Shown here: positions 42,277 through 54,469 of the stretch, piece after piece
Layout of the letters: every line of letters begins with the position of its first letter
Numbering within the stretch: the stretch's first letter is position 1
NCBI RefSeq assembly: GCF_009914755.1
Contig: NC_060929.1
From: the human T2T-CHM13v2.0 reference genome, Homo sapiens
Length of the DNA: 64,000 nt
Strand: one strand, 5' to 3'
The notes under the pieces: generated by a model
Seen by the model: the letters and a program-made list of their open reading frames with translations, nothing else
What the model was told of the DNA's origin: nothing
Database searches by the model: none
Program-made: the position numbers and the translations under genes

Positions 42277-42929
42277 GGGGACCCCTGTCTTAAACCACCC
42301 CAGCCTGTGATACTTTGTTATGGTGACCCTAAGAGGCAAATACACCCTCCTTTCCCCAACCTCTCCCCTCAGACGAAACCGATGCGAAAAGTGCTTCATG
42401 AAGTTTCAGGTAAAGAAGTCTGGGACGAAAAGGGATAGTGAGGATGGCGGGAGGGGCTGAACTCCAAATGGGCTTATCAAGGCTCTGCAAAATGGCGTGA
42501 CGGCGCTGCCCCCTTCTGGTGGCCTGAAGACTAACGCACATGATGTCAAGTGCGGGGCCCAAGTACTCAGGAAAAGGTTCTCATTTGGACACTGGGAGGT
42601 CTTACATTGGGGGCCCTGAGCCTCCAGCCCTTCCAAATCTATTCTCAGCAGGAGCTCAGCCACACCTGTGTCCCAGAACTGAGGCCAGGCCCAGCCTTCA
42701 CTCCACGCCCAGCCAGCCCCAAGGAACCGACTCCCTGAGGCTCTATGCTCCCTGCCTCCAGTGGCCCCGTGTCTGGGAAATAGTGGCCCTGGCCTGATGC
42801 CCTGACCTGGGCAATCCATCCCCTGGTCCTCTCAGCTCCCGGGCCCAGGTTTTCTGGGCTACTTTAACCAGGGCAAACTCATTCCTCGAGTACAAAATAA
42901 AAGATTCGAACAGCATAATCAAATAGGTC

Positions 42930-43115
42930 ATACCCATAAATCAACACATTTGAGCACCTATTTTGTTGTTCTTTCACTAATCCAAACCATATTTATTGAG
43001 CATCTACTATGTGCCATTCTCCAGTAGCCATTCTAGGTGCAGGGGATACAGCAGAGACCTTGAAAAAAGGAACAGTCTCTGATCTTGCTGAGCTTAGAGT
43101 CAAGTGGAGGTGAGG
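42930..43115 (-). mobile_element. L2 3' end
   Basis: atatttattgagcatctactatgtgcca...ctaggtgcaggggatacagcag. Confidence 0.75.
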
Positions 43116-43443
43116 AGGAAGGAAATGAATTAACAACTAAGTGAAGCAGAAGGTAACCAATTGATTGACTGACGAAGGGGTACAAACAACAAACACCTTC
43201 CTTTCTCCAAACTCTATCTTTAACTGTATTCTCTCGTTTTCCTTCCTCTCCATTTTACAATCATTTTACAACATCTCTGGCTATTCTCCTATATTTCTGA
43301 TCACTTCGGTTCTCATCACAATAATAATTTCAGTTTTCAAGCATTGGAAAGTCCCATCCAATTAAAATGTCAATCTCACACGCAGTTTAAACGTTTCGCC
43401 TGCCCGTGAGCTCAGACCTGTCTTGGTGCCTCAGTTCTTGTGT

Positions 43444-43554
43444 GGAGGGGAGGAGAGGAGAGGGGAGGGGAGGAGAGGAAAGGAGACCGGGGAGGTGGGG
43501 GGGGAGAGGGGAGGGGAGGAGAGGGGAGGGGAGTGGGGGAGAAGGGGAGAAAAG
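43444..43554 (+). repeat. G/A-rich (GAGGG)n low-complexity tract
   Basis: Multiple G4-or-longer runs separated by A. Confidence 0.9.
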
Positions 43555-43955
43555 CGCAGCTGGCTTCCTCACTCTCCTTTCCTTCCTCACCATCCTTACC
43601 CTGGCCCAGGGCAGGAGGAGGATTGGCAGAGTAGAGGCAGGGTCTTCTGTCTTAGCTGGGCCTGTTGGTGACTTTCTGTTGGCCAACATGGGCTGACTGG
43701 AATGTTCTCCAGCATGGCACATGGTCATCCAGATGCAGGCTCTTCCCTGGGGCACTATAGCAGAGAGGGCTCTCTTCCAGTCTATTGCAGATGGATGCCC
43801 TCGTGAGCTGAGTTTTGATGAACATCCCATGTCCCCAGCCACCCCATTCAGAGCCTCTTTCTACTCTGGTCCTCTGGTCCCAGCAGCAGCCCTCTGGGTA
43901 CTGAGGGGAGGGCATCTCACCCAAGCCCCTTAAACCTGCTCACCTTCTTCAGAGC

Positions 43956-44021
43956 CCACGTGGCCGCAGGAAAGTCACAAACCCTTGTGCTCCCACAGGG
44001 CACACGTGTGCACACGTGTGC
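43956..44021. promoter_or_regulatory. Three CACGTG E-boxes, two inside a 22-bp perfect palindrome
   Basis: CACGTG at 43957, 44003 and 44013; GCACACGTGTGCACACGTGTGC at 44000-44021. Confidence 0.45.
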
Positions 44022-44639
44022 AGCTACCTTCTCTCTAGTTGGTACCTGAGGCTGCCTCCTGGATTTTCCAGTCTCTGTGTTCCCAGACAACCCCAAGCCC
44101 CAAGAATACAAGAGCTCTGTCACCAAGCATCGGGCCTGTGGCTGCACTACACGTCTGCAGCTCAGGACCCCTGGCTGCGGCGTAAGCTACCAGCATCCCC
44201 TTCTCATGGGCACCCTCATCTCCGGCTCCCCATCGCTGGGCTGTGACCTGCGGGGGCGCCCCTCTATGGAAGGGAAGGAGAAAAATTCACAGTGCTATCT
44301 ACTCCTCTGAATGCACTCCCACCAATTTCCTTGGAAATTTCTAGCTTTCACTGACATATCTGGGATGGGGCGGTGGTCACAAAATCAATCCCACTTTCCC
44401 TCGGCTAGTCTTACAAGCACCCAACAGCTCTATTCAGAATACAGGGCTGCCCAGCTACTTCCCATTCATTATCCCCAGGTTGCAAGCTTTAGTCAAAACC
44501 CAGAGGCAGCAGGGTGTCTGGTTCCACCTGCTGTTAGGATGATTTCAGGAGTGCAAAGTGTTAGAAACGCGGTAAAACATGATGCTTAGAGATTAAGTGG
44601 GATGGGGACTGGGCAGATGATGCTGCTTTGGACCCAGCG

Positions 44640-45140
44640 AGTGAGGTGAGACTGCGACAAGACAGAGCCACTGAGCAGTGACCTGGGGGATGGGCATTGC
44701 AGGCAAGGCAGAACCCCAAGTGGGAACAACCTCACTGGGCTTAGCAAAACTAAAGAGGCCCAAAGTATACTGAGCGATGAGGTGAGTGGCGTGGGATAAG
44801 GTTGGAGAGGAGGCTGGAACCAGACCCTGCAGGGCCTTGCAGGTGATGGGAAGGAGTTTGGAAGGTGCTGGAAGGTTTGAAGCAGAGGAGGGATATGATC
44901 ATGCCTGTAGCTGCTATGTAGAACAACTGTATGCATGCCAGGCCTGTGCCACGCATGCTCTAATCATTACTGGCTTTAACCCTTGCACTAACGTTGTCAT
45001 GCAGGTAGGAGCATCTGCACCCAGCAAATGGAAACTGAAGCTCAGGAATATTCAGTCACTTGTCCAAGGCTCCCCAGCTGTTAGGTGCTAAGGCTGGATT
45101 CAATCCAGGACTTGCAGACTCCAGTATCTTGGCTTTTCTA
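44640..45140 (-). mobile_element. L2 relic followed by a MIR
   Basis: ccctgcagggccttgcaggt...ggtttgaagcagagg; gaaactgaagctcagg...cacttgtccaagg. Confidence 0.7.
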
Positions 45141-46823
45141 ACGAGAGTGTGCTAGCTTTCTAATGGGGGTGGGGAAGGCAGTCTGCCCCCCTCCCATGGC
45201 ACCGTGAGCAGGTGTCACTGCTCCAGCCAGTACGCCTGGACACCGACTAGGAAGGAGTATGTGCTACTAGGAGGGATGGTCTGGGCTGACTCTTTGAAGT
45301 TGACAAGGAGTTGCATAATCCCAGCTAATAATTATGCTGGACCAGGGGCAGAGACATTACTCCAAGGGTGACCAGGTGTGGAGAAGAGGCTGCTGACTCC
45401 GGGGCCCCAGGACCTGGCCCCCAGGTCTCATTGCCCGAGTGCTGCCCCAGAAGGAGTAGAAGCTGGAGCTGTCCGGGCCACAGCCGAGGCTGGGTGAATG
45501 CTGCAGTGAGGCTGCCGCACAAGTTGCGTGTTGTGACATTTGTCTTCTGGAGGGGATTGGGATGGGCTACTTCAGCATTTAAAAACCCCTACTAGGTCTG
45601 AGAAATCCCCTCAGCTTATGAGCCTGGGTGGGCAGCAGGCCTTCTCAAGAAGCCCAGAAGGCCAGATGCTCACTTCCCAGGCTCTCTTGCGGCTGAGCTG
45701 AGAGCAGGCACCTGAGGCCTGGCAAGTGTGACAGCTGGTGACACAGACAGACAGGGACAGGGAGATGGGACTGTGCCTGCAGCGGTAGCCCTGGCCGGTG
45801 TTCAGTGGGGCCAGCATCCGTGTCTTTCCTGGGGGCCAGTGGGGGCCGTGGCTCTGACGATGCATCCCTCCCCCACGTTTTTTCTCTTCTTGTCTTGGAC
45901 TTTGCAGGGAGCACTCTGCTTTTGGGAACAGGAGCTGGGTCTCTGGCCATTCTCCGCAGCCCCTCACCATTCACTCAGTGGCTCTCAAAAAATAGAACCT
46001 GGGGCAAAGCTGTTCTTGGCCCCAAACAACATGAGGAAAAATAAATAAATAATGTACCTGGTAACTGAGAGAGTTCCCTCTGCATCTTGGGCTCTTTCAA
46101 TGAGATGTCCTCTGCCTGCAGCAAGCCCCAAGGGCTTCCCTCACCAGGACCAGCACCCTGGTTTGCCTGACCCCACACCTGCCAATGCCGGGGCAAGAAT
46201 GTCCCAGGCTGCCCTGGTTCCCAGAGCTGATGCTTCCCACAGTGCCCAGCTGTGCTGGCATGGAGCTAAGGACAGGGCCAGTCCCAAGAAAACAACAAGG
46301 CTCCAGGGCCACCGGCCACTGCTCAGGACCCTGGCTGACCCCACAGATGCGGAGTGCCTGAGATGGCTCATGGGTGACCCCCAGGCATCTGGCAAAGGTC
46401 ACAATGGCTGTTTGGCTTGAAGACAGCCCTTGCAAGATCTGTTTTGAGCCAACCTGTGGCATTTAGCCCTCCCTGGGTGACAAATAAAAAGGCTGAGGCT
46501 TGTAGGAGCCAAGGTGGGAGTCCCCATCTACCCCCACCCTCTCAGCCCACCAGGGCCCAGACTGGGGAACTGCTCCTGCTTCGAGGGACAGGGCTGAAGA
46601 GGAGAGGGGCTTGGGGCTCCCCTTGATCCCAAAGCTCCAGGGACCCCAAAGAAACGTATCAGCAGCATGAGAATATCGGGTGACCTCTCTCTCTAGTAAA
46701 TGTCAAAACTTTTAACCAAAATGCCTTCATCCCCCAGCGCCAGGCCTGAGCTAATCTCATAGGTGTCAGGACTGGGAGCCTGGACCCCTCTTCCTTCTGC
46801 TCCTGCTTTGCAGAGAAGTGAGT

Positions 46824-46834
46824 GGGGAATTCCC
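46824..46834. promoter_or_regulatory. NF-kB consensus site
   Basis: GGGGAATTCCC with a palindromic core. Motif only. Confidence 0.4.
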
Positions 46835-49800
46835 GCCTCTGGGAATTCAGAGACGAAGTGACAGAGACAGCATTGGAAGATAAGAATGCAGCCAAAGAGG
46901 TCTTCAGGGTAGCGTGTGGCCTGGGCGCTGAGACTATTGGGCCTAGCAACTTCTCAAGCAGTCTATTAACCACAGCCGGTAGCCAGCTTTTCCCCGCCCT
47001 TCTCCCAGGCACACACAGCCACCTCCATCACCAAAGGTCAGGCGAACCACCTCCCATGGCTACCCCCAGCCTGACTTGCTTTATAGAAATCATGGCATCT
47101 CATCCTCACAACAGCCCACACTCACAGTGAATCTTGGCCATTATGACAACTGGGGACACTGAGGCTCGGAGTGGTGGAAATTCTCAGAATCACATAACAA
47201 TAAGTGTTAAAGTCAGAATTTCAACTTCATCTCTCTAACTCCAAAGGGCGTGTGTGTGTGTGTGCGTTTCTGGCCATAATCATATTGTGCCCTACAAGCC
47301 CCAGTGAGGAATCTGCTAGGAACACTGGTTTGGGGAAAAAATGTAATAAAATATGTGATCCAGAAGGCGGCCTTGGTACCTGTCATAAACCGCAGCATGG
47401 GGTACTCACTATGCCTGGGGTCTGGGCTCTGAAGGCATGATTGAATGATCTCACTGCAGGCCTGGTTGTCCTGCGAAGACACCCGTCAATACATGAATAT
47501 TGACACACAACGCTGCAGTGCACGCGCTTCTGGCAGGGGAGCTGCTGCACTCGAGGGCAGCTCAAGGTTAATTTGCAGGGTTCATGTTTGGAGTTTCTGA
47601 GCAAGTGTTGCAGCTTTGGCCCCCAGCCCCCTGAGGGGAGCTCTGGCCGTGCATGAGGGTCAGACAGAAAATCTCCTTTCCTCCATCCAGGCCTGCAGTC
47701 TGCAGCACTGAGGTCAGCGCTGGCCACAAGCCCACCCTGTGCCTCGTCAGCCCCACTGAGCCTCTCCATCTATCATGCCACAGGCTGACCCTGAAATGCA
47801 AAATCATTCTGTCCTCCCGCCCTCCACTCCCACCTCGCACATCTATGGATTTGCTGTTCAGAAAACATCTGTTCCCTCCTTCGCCCCTGACATACGCATC
47901 GATCTCATGCTAGCCCAGCTGCCTAAGCTCACCACTCTGGGAGACAGACTCTCAGTCCTCATCAGACAGAGATGTAGGGGGCTGTAAGGGACGGGGTGCA
48001 GGTAGGGCCTGAGGATTCCGACAAGGTGAGCCATGGGCAGGGGCATTGTTCATGCAGGGACCTCCTGGCCAAGGTCCTACGTCAAGGTTAGAAGGAAAGA
48101 GTAAATGATCGGATAGGCTAAGACAGCAACTCAGCAGGCCAAGGGACTCCTCCCCCAGGACCTGCTCCACCCTTAGAGGGGTCCCGGACAGCCAAGCCCT
48201 GATGGAGTTGGTCAGCAACCAACCAGCCCTGGGGCCAAGGCCTGCAGAAGCAGAGAGGAGGGGTCTCAGGCAGGCCAGAGGTGCTAGCTGGGATGCCTGG
48301 GTCCCCCACCCCACCCCAGCACACTGTCCTTTCTCCAGGTGCTCAGTTAGATTGAGCTGGGTCCCATCTTGGGCCTTTGCTGGTCCCTCCCTAGAAAGTC
48401 TGCCCCCTCCCCCTGCAGGGTGGCATCAGCATTCAGGCCTGGCCCTGACGCCCTCCTCTCTGGGCCACCTTCACCTCCACAACCCCGGCACCAGCACCCA
48501 TCCCCACCACATCCCCAGCACGCAGCATCTAGTAAGGGCACCAAATGCATGCCCAGACATATGAGTGAAATGAATTAACCCTGAACCTGAAAAAGGGCAA
48601 CCACCACACAAGATTCTCTAGAAACAATGTGAATTGTGCAGAAGGAAATTAACCCTACTCCATCCAGCCCATCCTAAGGCAGGGACTTGGACCTGTTCCT
48701 CTTGATGGGGCTGGGGCTGAGGCGGGCAAGGCAGGCAAGTGCTGAACAGTTGGCAACATTGCCCATCCCGTCTCCCTGCACCAGGCTGGGCCTGGGGTGA
48801 GGGGGTGGGGGCCGGGGTAGCTGGGCTCCTCCAGCAAAGAGCAGGACTGAGTCCCTGGTGACTATTAGGTAAAAGGTCCCTGACAATTTTGAGGGGCCAG
48901 ATGCCAACTCGAGGGATACAGAGAAGATCTAGGCACAGTCTTTCCCCACCATGTCAGACAAAAAGGTTAGATACAGGACCTGATATGTTATAAAACTCAA
49001 TCAATATTTACTTAGTGAATAAATGGACGGATGGATGGATGGATGCATTAGGCAGCCAAGTGGGCAGCACCGATGACTTAATGTACTGAGTGCTCCGACT
49101 CCAGCAACATGCATTCATTGTTCCTACTGTGTGCCAGTGAACAAGAGCAATGAACTCAATGACTTCTGCCCAGGGTGGGCCAGGGAACCAGGGAAGACTC
49201 TCCAAAAAGGCAGCATTTGGGCTGGGACGTACAGATGAGTAGGGGGTCGAGTGTGTCGTTATGTCGCTGGAGCCCAGAGGCGTCCATCAGGACTTGGGGG
49301 AGGGCAGATGAAAGGGCCTTACTGCCTAACTTGGAGCCACTGTATGTTTCAAAACAAAGGAGAGAGAGGATCCTGGGAAAGAGAAAGGGTACTCTAGGCA
49401 GAGGATGTGAATGGGCACAGCACAGGTGAGAACATCAAGACCAGGGGTCAGGGAATCTACTGGTAAACAATTGTACCCCAAGGGAGCAATCACAGCCTCT
49501 CCATCCACAGGGAAATGCCTGGTGGGGAGGAATGGGAGGAAAGAAACAGATTGCATGACTGTGTCTTGAAGGTCTAATTCCAGAGTACAGCATCACCCCT
49601 ATCTTCCAGGTCCAGAAACTGAGGCTCAGAGGGAGACTTTCTGATGAGTGCAGCGTGCAGATAAGAGCATCTCCAAAGCTACCTCCTTCCCCAGTCACAC
49701 CAGGGCATAAGCAACTGATAACAGCTGTCAGCACGGGACAGTGGAGGGAACACTAGGTTAGGAATAAGGGTACGAGGCTTGAGTACAGATTGTCAATGAC

Positions 49801-51149
49801 TCAGTGTGTGAACTTGGTCAGGTGACTCCAACCAGATGACTTCCTTCTCTGAGCTTCTGTTCCCTCCTCTATGAATGGGGACAATCACTCAGCTTCACAA
49901 AACAATGGCTGCGAAATTGCCTGGTACAAGAGAGAGAACTTCCAGTGTGTAGGGGCTGTTGTCCTAACTGCCCAGCCCCCTAGATAGGTAGTTATGTCAT
50001 CTGTGAAATGGGTGTTAGAATTCCTACCTCCCAGGACAGCTGTGGGCAGAAAACCAAAGAATGTGTGTGAGAGCCCAAGCACCATGCCTGGCACATAGTA
50101 GGTGCTCAGGAAAGGCTGAGGGTGCAGCTGCTGTCCACACACATGGTACCACTGCCCCAGGAAGGGGCTTCAGGAACCAAGAGCAATTCTGAGCACTGGT
50201 GACTGGACTCTGCCATTCTCCATTTCAAACGCTTTTTGAAAGCAGCTCCAGACCCAAGCAGGAGAGCAGGAGGCAAAAGAAACGCAGGGGCTTTCCCGGA
50301 TGGAATTTTAGAAACACACAGAATTGTCTCCTGCACAGAAGGGAAGCTGTCTTCCACAGCACAGAGCCACCAGGCCCCAGACTGCTGGCTTATGTATTTG
50401 TCATTGCTCATCATGAATGGATGCCAGGAAAGTCTCTTTGTGATGGGGGCACAACCCCTCAAATCTCCTCCCCTCCAGATGCCATCCACTGGAGCTGAGA
50501 CTCCCAGGTCCCCTAGGGCTTCTCTCCCAGGGGCCTCTGGGCTCCCCAAGGCCACGTGCTGCCCCCACTAGAGACCTGGGCCAGTCCTGACCAGGGGAAA
50601 GAGTAGCGCCGACAACAGCCCCAGATGGTATGTGCACTGGCACATACTGGCAGCTGCCTTCATGACAGCAAGCCATAGGTCCAAATCCCGCCCCTTCACA
50701 GGGACATTCCCAACTGGTCAGGGGTGGACCTCCCCTTCCCGGCTGTCTTTGGTGTCCAGGACGATTTGCCACAGACAGGGGGAGCTAAAGGGGCCCACGC
50801 TTGAGGCCGCTCAGCTCTGAGTCCTCGCCGGCCACAGAGGACCTTCGTGCCTGTCCTCTGTCCTCCTGCCCAGTCCCCAGGCCAGGCTCAGCTGGAGTTG
50901 GGGAGCAGAAAAACACGCATCTGAATCAAGGCTCTCGGAGCCTTTGCTTCTGCCTCCAAGAGGCGAGGGAAAATGAATACCCAGGCGAGCGAGCAAGAGA
51001 GACCCTCAGAAAACCCCAGATGCCCCTGGAATCAAGCCCTGTCCCACCAACGCCACGTGGATTGACAGGCTATTAGTCTTCCTGTAATTAGGATTCTCGC
51101 CTCAAATCTTGTATCTTTTTCCCCCAAAAGATTCTCCTCCAGCCTTCAC

Positions 51150-51168
51150 CACTGCCCCCTGGCGCTTC
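51150..51168 (-). promoter_or_regulatory. CTCF-like motif (reverse)
   Basis: Reverse complement GAAGCGCCAGGGGGCAGTG. Confidence 0.5.
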
Positions 51169-51489
51169 CTTGCAAGGCTTTTGAAGAATCCTTTGCAGAG
51201 AAGCAGCCTCCTTTGGCAGGGGCTGCAGAGCACTCTGCCTCCCTAGGCCAGGGCGAACCAACAGAGGCGGGAGATGAGGAGGAGCAGCGCGGCTCTGCTG
51301 CGTGGCCCTGGGCAAGCACCACAACCTCTCTGGGCCGTTTGCACATTCTTACCGCCAGGGATGTGGGCGGTAAATGAAAGAGACCAGCACAAACCAGTGT
51401 CAGCTCCCTTCCTCGATTCCTAAAATGTGATGCCCAAAGATGGGCCAGCCTCCTGCTGTGCCTTCTCTGGGGGGACATTTAATAAGTGG

Positions 51490-51670
51490 AAGAGCCCTGG
51501 CTCTGAGTCAGGCTAGAATCCCAGTTCTGCACTTAACCAGCTGTGTGACCTCAGGCAAGCAACCTGGCCTCTCTGAACCTGAGTTTCTTCATCTGTAAGT
51601 GGGAACGCTAATGCTGTGCTGAGGGTTCCATGGGACAACCATGTAAAAGCACCCAGCACGCACCCAGCAG
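51490..51670 (+). mobile_element. MIR
   Basis: ccagctgtgtgacctcaggcaag...ctgagtttcttcatctgtaag. Confidence 0.8.
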
Positions 51671-51945
51671 GCAGCAGGTCCTGCACAGCGTTCCCTCGCG
51701 TGGGGGTGGGTTGGGGCTTGAGCACGGGTTGAACCTGGAAGAGGCCATTTCCCTCCCTTCTCCCCGAGGAATAATTGTGAATTCCTGGGTCTCAGAGGAA
51801 ACATCCGCTTTGGTGGTCAGAAAGGACATCCTCCTTTGAGCAGGGGGAGAGCAGAGGGAAGGGGGTTGCGAGGGTCACGCCTTCCCCAGGCATTCTCGGG
51901 GTCTCTCCAGCAAGGATGGAGGCGGCCAGGGGCTTGGGCGGTGTG

Positions 51946-51964
51946 GGGCGCCACCTGGCGTCCA
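51946..51964 (-). promoter_or_regulatory. CTCF-like motif (reverse) in a CpG-rich patch
   Basis: Reverse complement TGGACGCCAGGTGGCGCCC. Confidence 0.55.
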
Positions 51965-52266
51965 GAAGAGGTAAGACAGGCGGAGCGGGACCCTCCGAAG
52001 TGGGAGGAGGACGCTGGTCAGGGGAGGAGGGGACCGCGAGAGCGAGAGCGGACATTCTACCAAACACATGGACAACACAGAAGATGAGGAAAATGAGCAG
52101 GGCAGCTAGTCATAGGAGCAAATTTTAAAAATTAAGTGACTGAGGTAGTCAGGGGGCCTCACTGAGAAGTGGCTTGGAGTAAGACCTGAAGTTGGGGACT
52201 GGATATGCAGATGTCTGGGAGGAGAGCTTTTCAGGAAGAAGAATCAGCCAGTGCAGAGGCCTATGG

Positions 52267-52315
52267 CAGACCCAAGCAGGAGGCAAAAGAAACGCAGAGG
52301 CTTTCCAGGATGGAA
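52267..52315 (+). repeat. 49-bp copy of 50249-50305 flanked by a 22-bp direct repeat
   Basis: GAAGAATCAGCCAGTGCAGAGG at 52238-52259 and 52319-52340. Confidence 0.92.
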
Positions 52316-52429
52316 AATGAAGAATCAGCCAGTGCAGAGGAATGTGCCTGGATGTGTTCCAGGAATGTTTCAGAATGAGCTAAAAGGCCAGGGACAGAGA
52401 ACTAAGAGGAGAGGAGAGGTCAGAGAGAT

Positions 52430-52551
52430 GGCGGTGGGCGGAAGGAGGGGGCGGGGCGGAGGAGGGGGCGAGGGGGCGGGGGGGCGGAGGGGGGGACGGA
52501 GGGGGGGGCGGGGGGCGGGGCGGAGGGGGGATGGGGCGGGGCGGGGTGTGG
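52430..52551 (+). repeat. G-run/GC-box array
   Basis: About ten GGGCGG motifs among long G runs. Confidence 0.93.
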
Positions 52552-53042
52552 CTGTGCGTCTGGATAAGGGTTGTGGCTTTTATGCTGCACGAGAAGGAGA
52601 GCCATTGGAGAGCTTGGGGCAGAAACAAGAGCTGATGACATTTTAATCCCTCTGGCTGCTGTGCTGGGGTAGACTGTCAGGGCCAAGGGCAGAGTGTGAA
52701 AAGCGCCCAAGAGGCTTCTACAAGAATCTAGTGGGAGATGCTGCGGCTCTGGCCAGGTTAGTGGCAGTGCCAGTGGTGAGAGGGATGTGGTTCTGCGGGT
52801 GTTGTGAAAATGGAGCCAGCGGGATTTGTTGACAGACCAAAGTTGAGGTGAGACAGAGACTCCGGAATGACTGCAGGGTTATTGGTCTGAGCAGGGTTAT
52901 TGGTCTGAGCAGATAACCAGATGGAGTCACCACTAACTTAGATGGAGAAGGCTGGTAGAGTGAGGAAATATCGGGAACTTATGTTCGGACTTGTTAAGTT
53001 TGAGATGGCTGGGAGATATCTAAGTGGAGAGGGCAAGGAATA

Positions 53043-53252
53043 AAATGCTTCCTAAACTCCAGCATCCATTCAGTCCCCTGGAGAGCTTGTTAAACCGGAT
53101 GGATGGGTGCCACGCCCACCCCTGCACCCCTGAGTTGCAATAGGCCCAAAATGATTCAATAGGCCCAACATGGGGCCCAAGGTTCTACATTTCCAACAGC
53201 TTCCCAAGTGATGCCAATGCTGCCAGACTGAGAACCACACTTCGAGTAGCAC
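53043..53252. mobile_element. MER5A-like element inside L2
   Basis: cctggagagcttgttaaa...catttccaacagcttcccaagtgatgccaatgctgc...accacacttcgagtagcac. Confidence 0.75.
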
Positions 53253-53787
53253 CAAAGTAGGCAACTGGATGTTTGAGGCTGGCATTCAAAAGAGAGATCC
53301 TGGCAAGAGATAGAATTTTGGAGTCATTGGCACGGAAATCCACAAAACGACATGAGCTCTCCCAGGGAGTGTGTGTGTGTAAAGAGGGAAGAAAAGAGCA
53401 TTGAGTCCCGAGCCCCAGGCTCTTCAATGGTAAGAGGTTGGCAGATTAGGAAGGACCAGCAAAGACTGGGATGGGAAACCACTGAAGCAAGAGGAAGGCC
53501 AGGCAGATGTGTCCTGAAAGCCAAAAAGAGAAAGGTCATCATTAATATGATACATTTTGCAATTTGTTTATATGTAAGAGGAGATTAATAGCTCATAGCA
53601 TTCCCAGGCATTGCTGTTAGGAATTGCAGCTCCAGGCTGGCAACCCTTAAATCACAAACTAGATTGTCAAGAGGACTGCCTGGAATTCCAGCTCTGTAAG
53701 TAATATGCTGTGTGGCCTCAGCCAGGTCACTTCACCTCTCTGGGCTTCTCTTGCTTCCATATATAAATGTAATAAGAAAATCTTTTA

Positions 53788-54093
53788 TTTATTATTTATT
53801 TATTTATTTTTGAGACAGAGACTCGCTTTGTCACCCAGGCTGGAGGGCAGTGGTGCGATCTCCACTCACCGCAATCTCCGCCTTCCGGGCTAAGGCAATT
53901 CTTGTGCCTCAACCTCCTGACTAGCTGAAATTACAGGCACCCACCACCACACCCAGCTAATTTTTGTATTTTTAGTAGAGACGGGGTTTCATCTTGTTGG
54001 CCAGGCTTGTCTCAAACACCTGACCTCAAGTGATCTGCCTGCCTCGGCCTCCCAAAGTGTTGAGATTACAGGAGTGAGCCATCACGCCCGGCC
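53788..54093 (-). mobile_element. AluS
   Basis: Full Alu with (TTTA)n tail; imperfect TSD aagaaaatctttta / aagaagacctttta. Confidence 0.93.
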
Positions 54094-54469
54094 AAGAAGA
54101 CCTTTTAAAGTAGATGTTCTAAGAGTCTCTTTCAGTTCTGAATCTCTTTGTTATCTTACATGTTACCCCCTCAGAGATGCCTTCCCTCACTCCCCTGTCC
54201 AAGGTAGCTCTCCACCCAAGTCAGCAGTCATCACAGAACCATCACAACCTGAAGCCCTGTGCATGTTGCTGTTTATTTCCTGTTTACATCACAACCTGAA
54301 GCCCTGTGCATGTAGCTGTATACTAACCCTAGAGTTAGTATAGCTTAGTTAAACTTTCATTTATTGCTAAAGGTTTATCACTGCTGTCTCTATCAGCCTC
54401 CCTGCACTGTAAGGGACAAGGGGGCAGGTCCAGTTTCTGTCTTGTTTCAGGTTTTGTCTCCAGCCAAGA

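Larger units (their letters stand above)
52080..53540 (-). mobile_element. Long L2 relic with several later insertions
   Basis: ggcctcactgagaagtgg...gagccattggagagc...gttaagtttgagatg...ccctctggctgctgtg. Confidence 0.8.

Noticed and set aside
41947-42438. 163-aa ORF and similar ones at 5927, 7751, 24447 and 41028
   Set aside because: Typical antisense-Alu translations (e.g. [15 protein letters not shown]).
52238-52340. Repeat-spacer-repeat layout resembling a mini CRISPR (also 54240-54313)
   Set aside because: Only two repeats, eukaryotic context, no cas genes; explained by duplication at a repair site.
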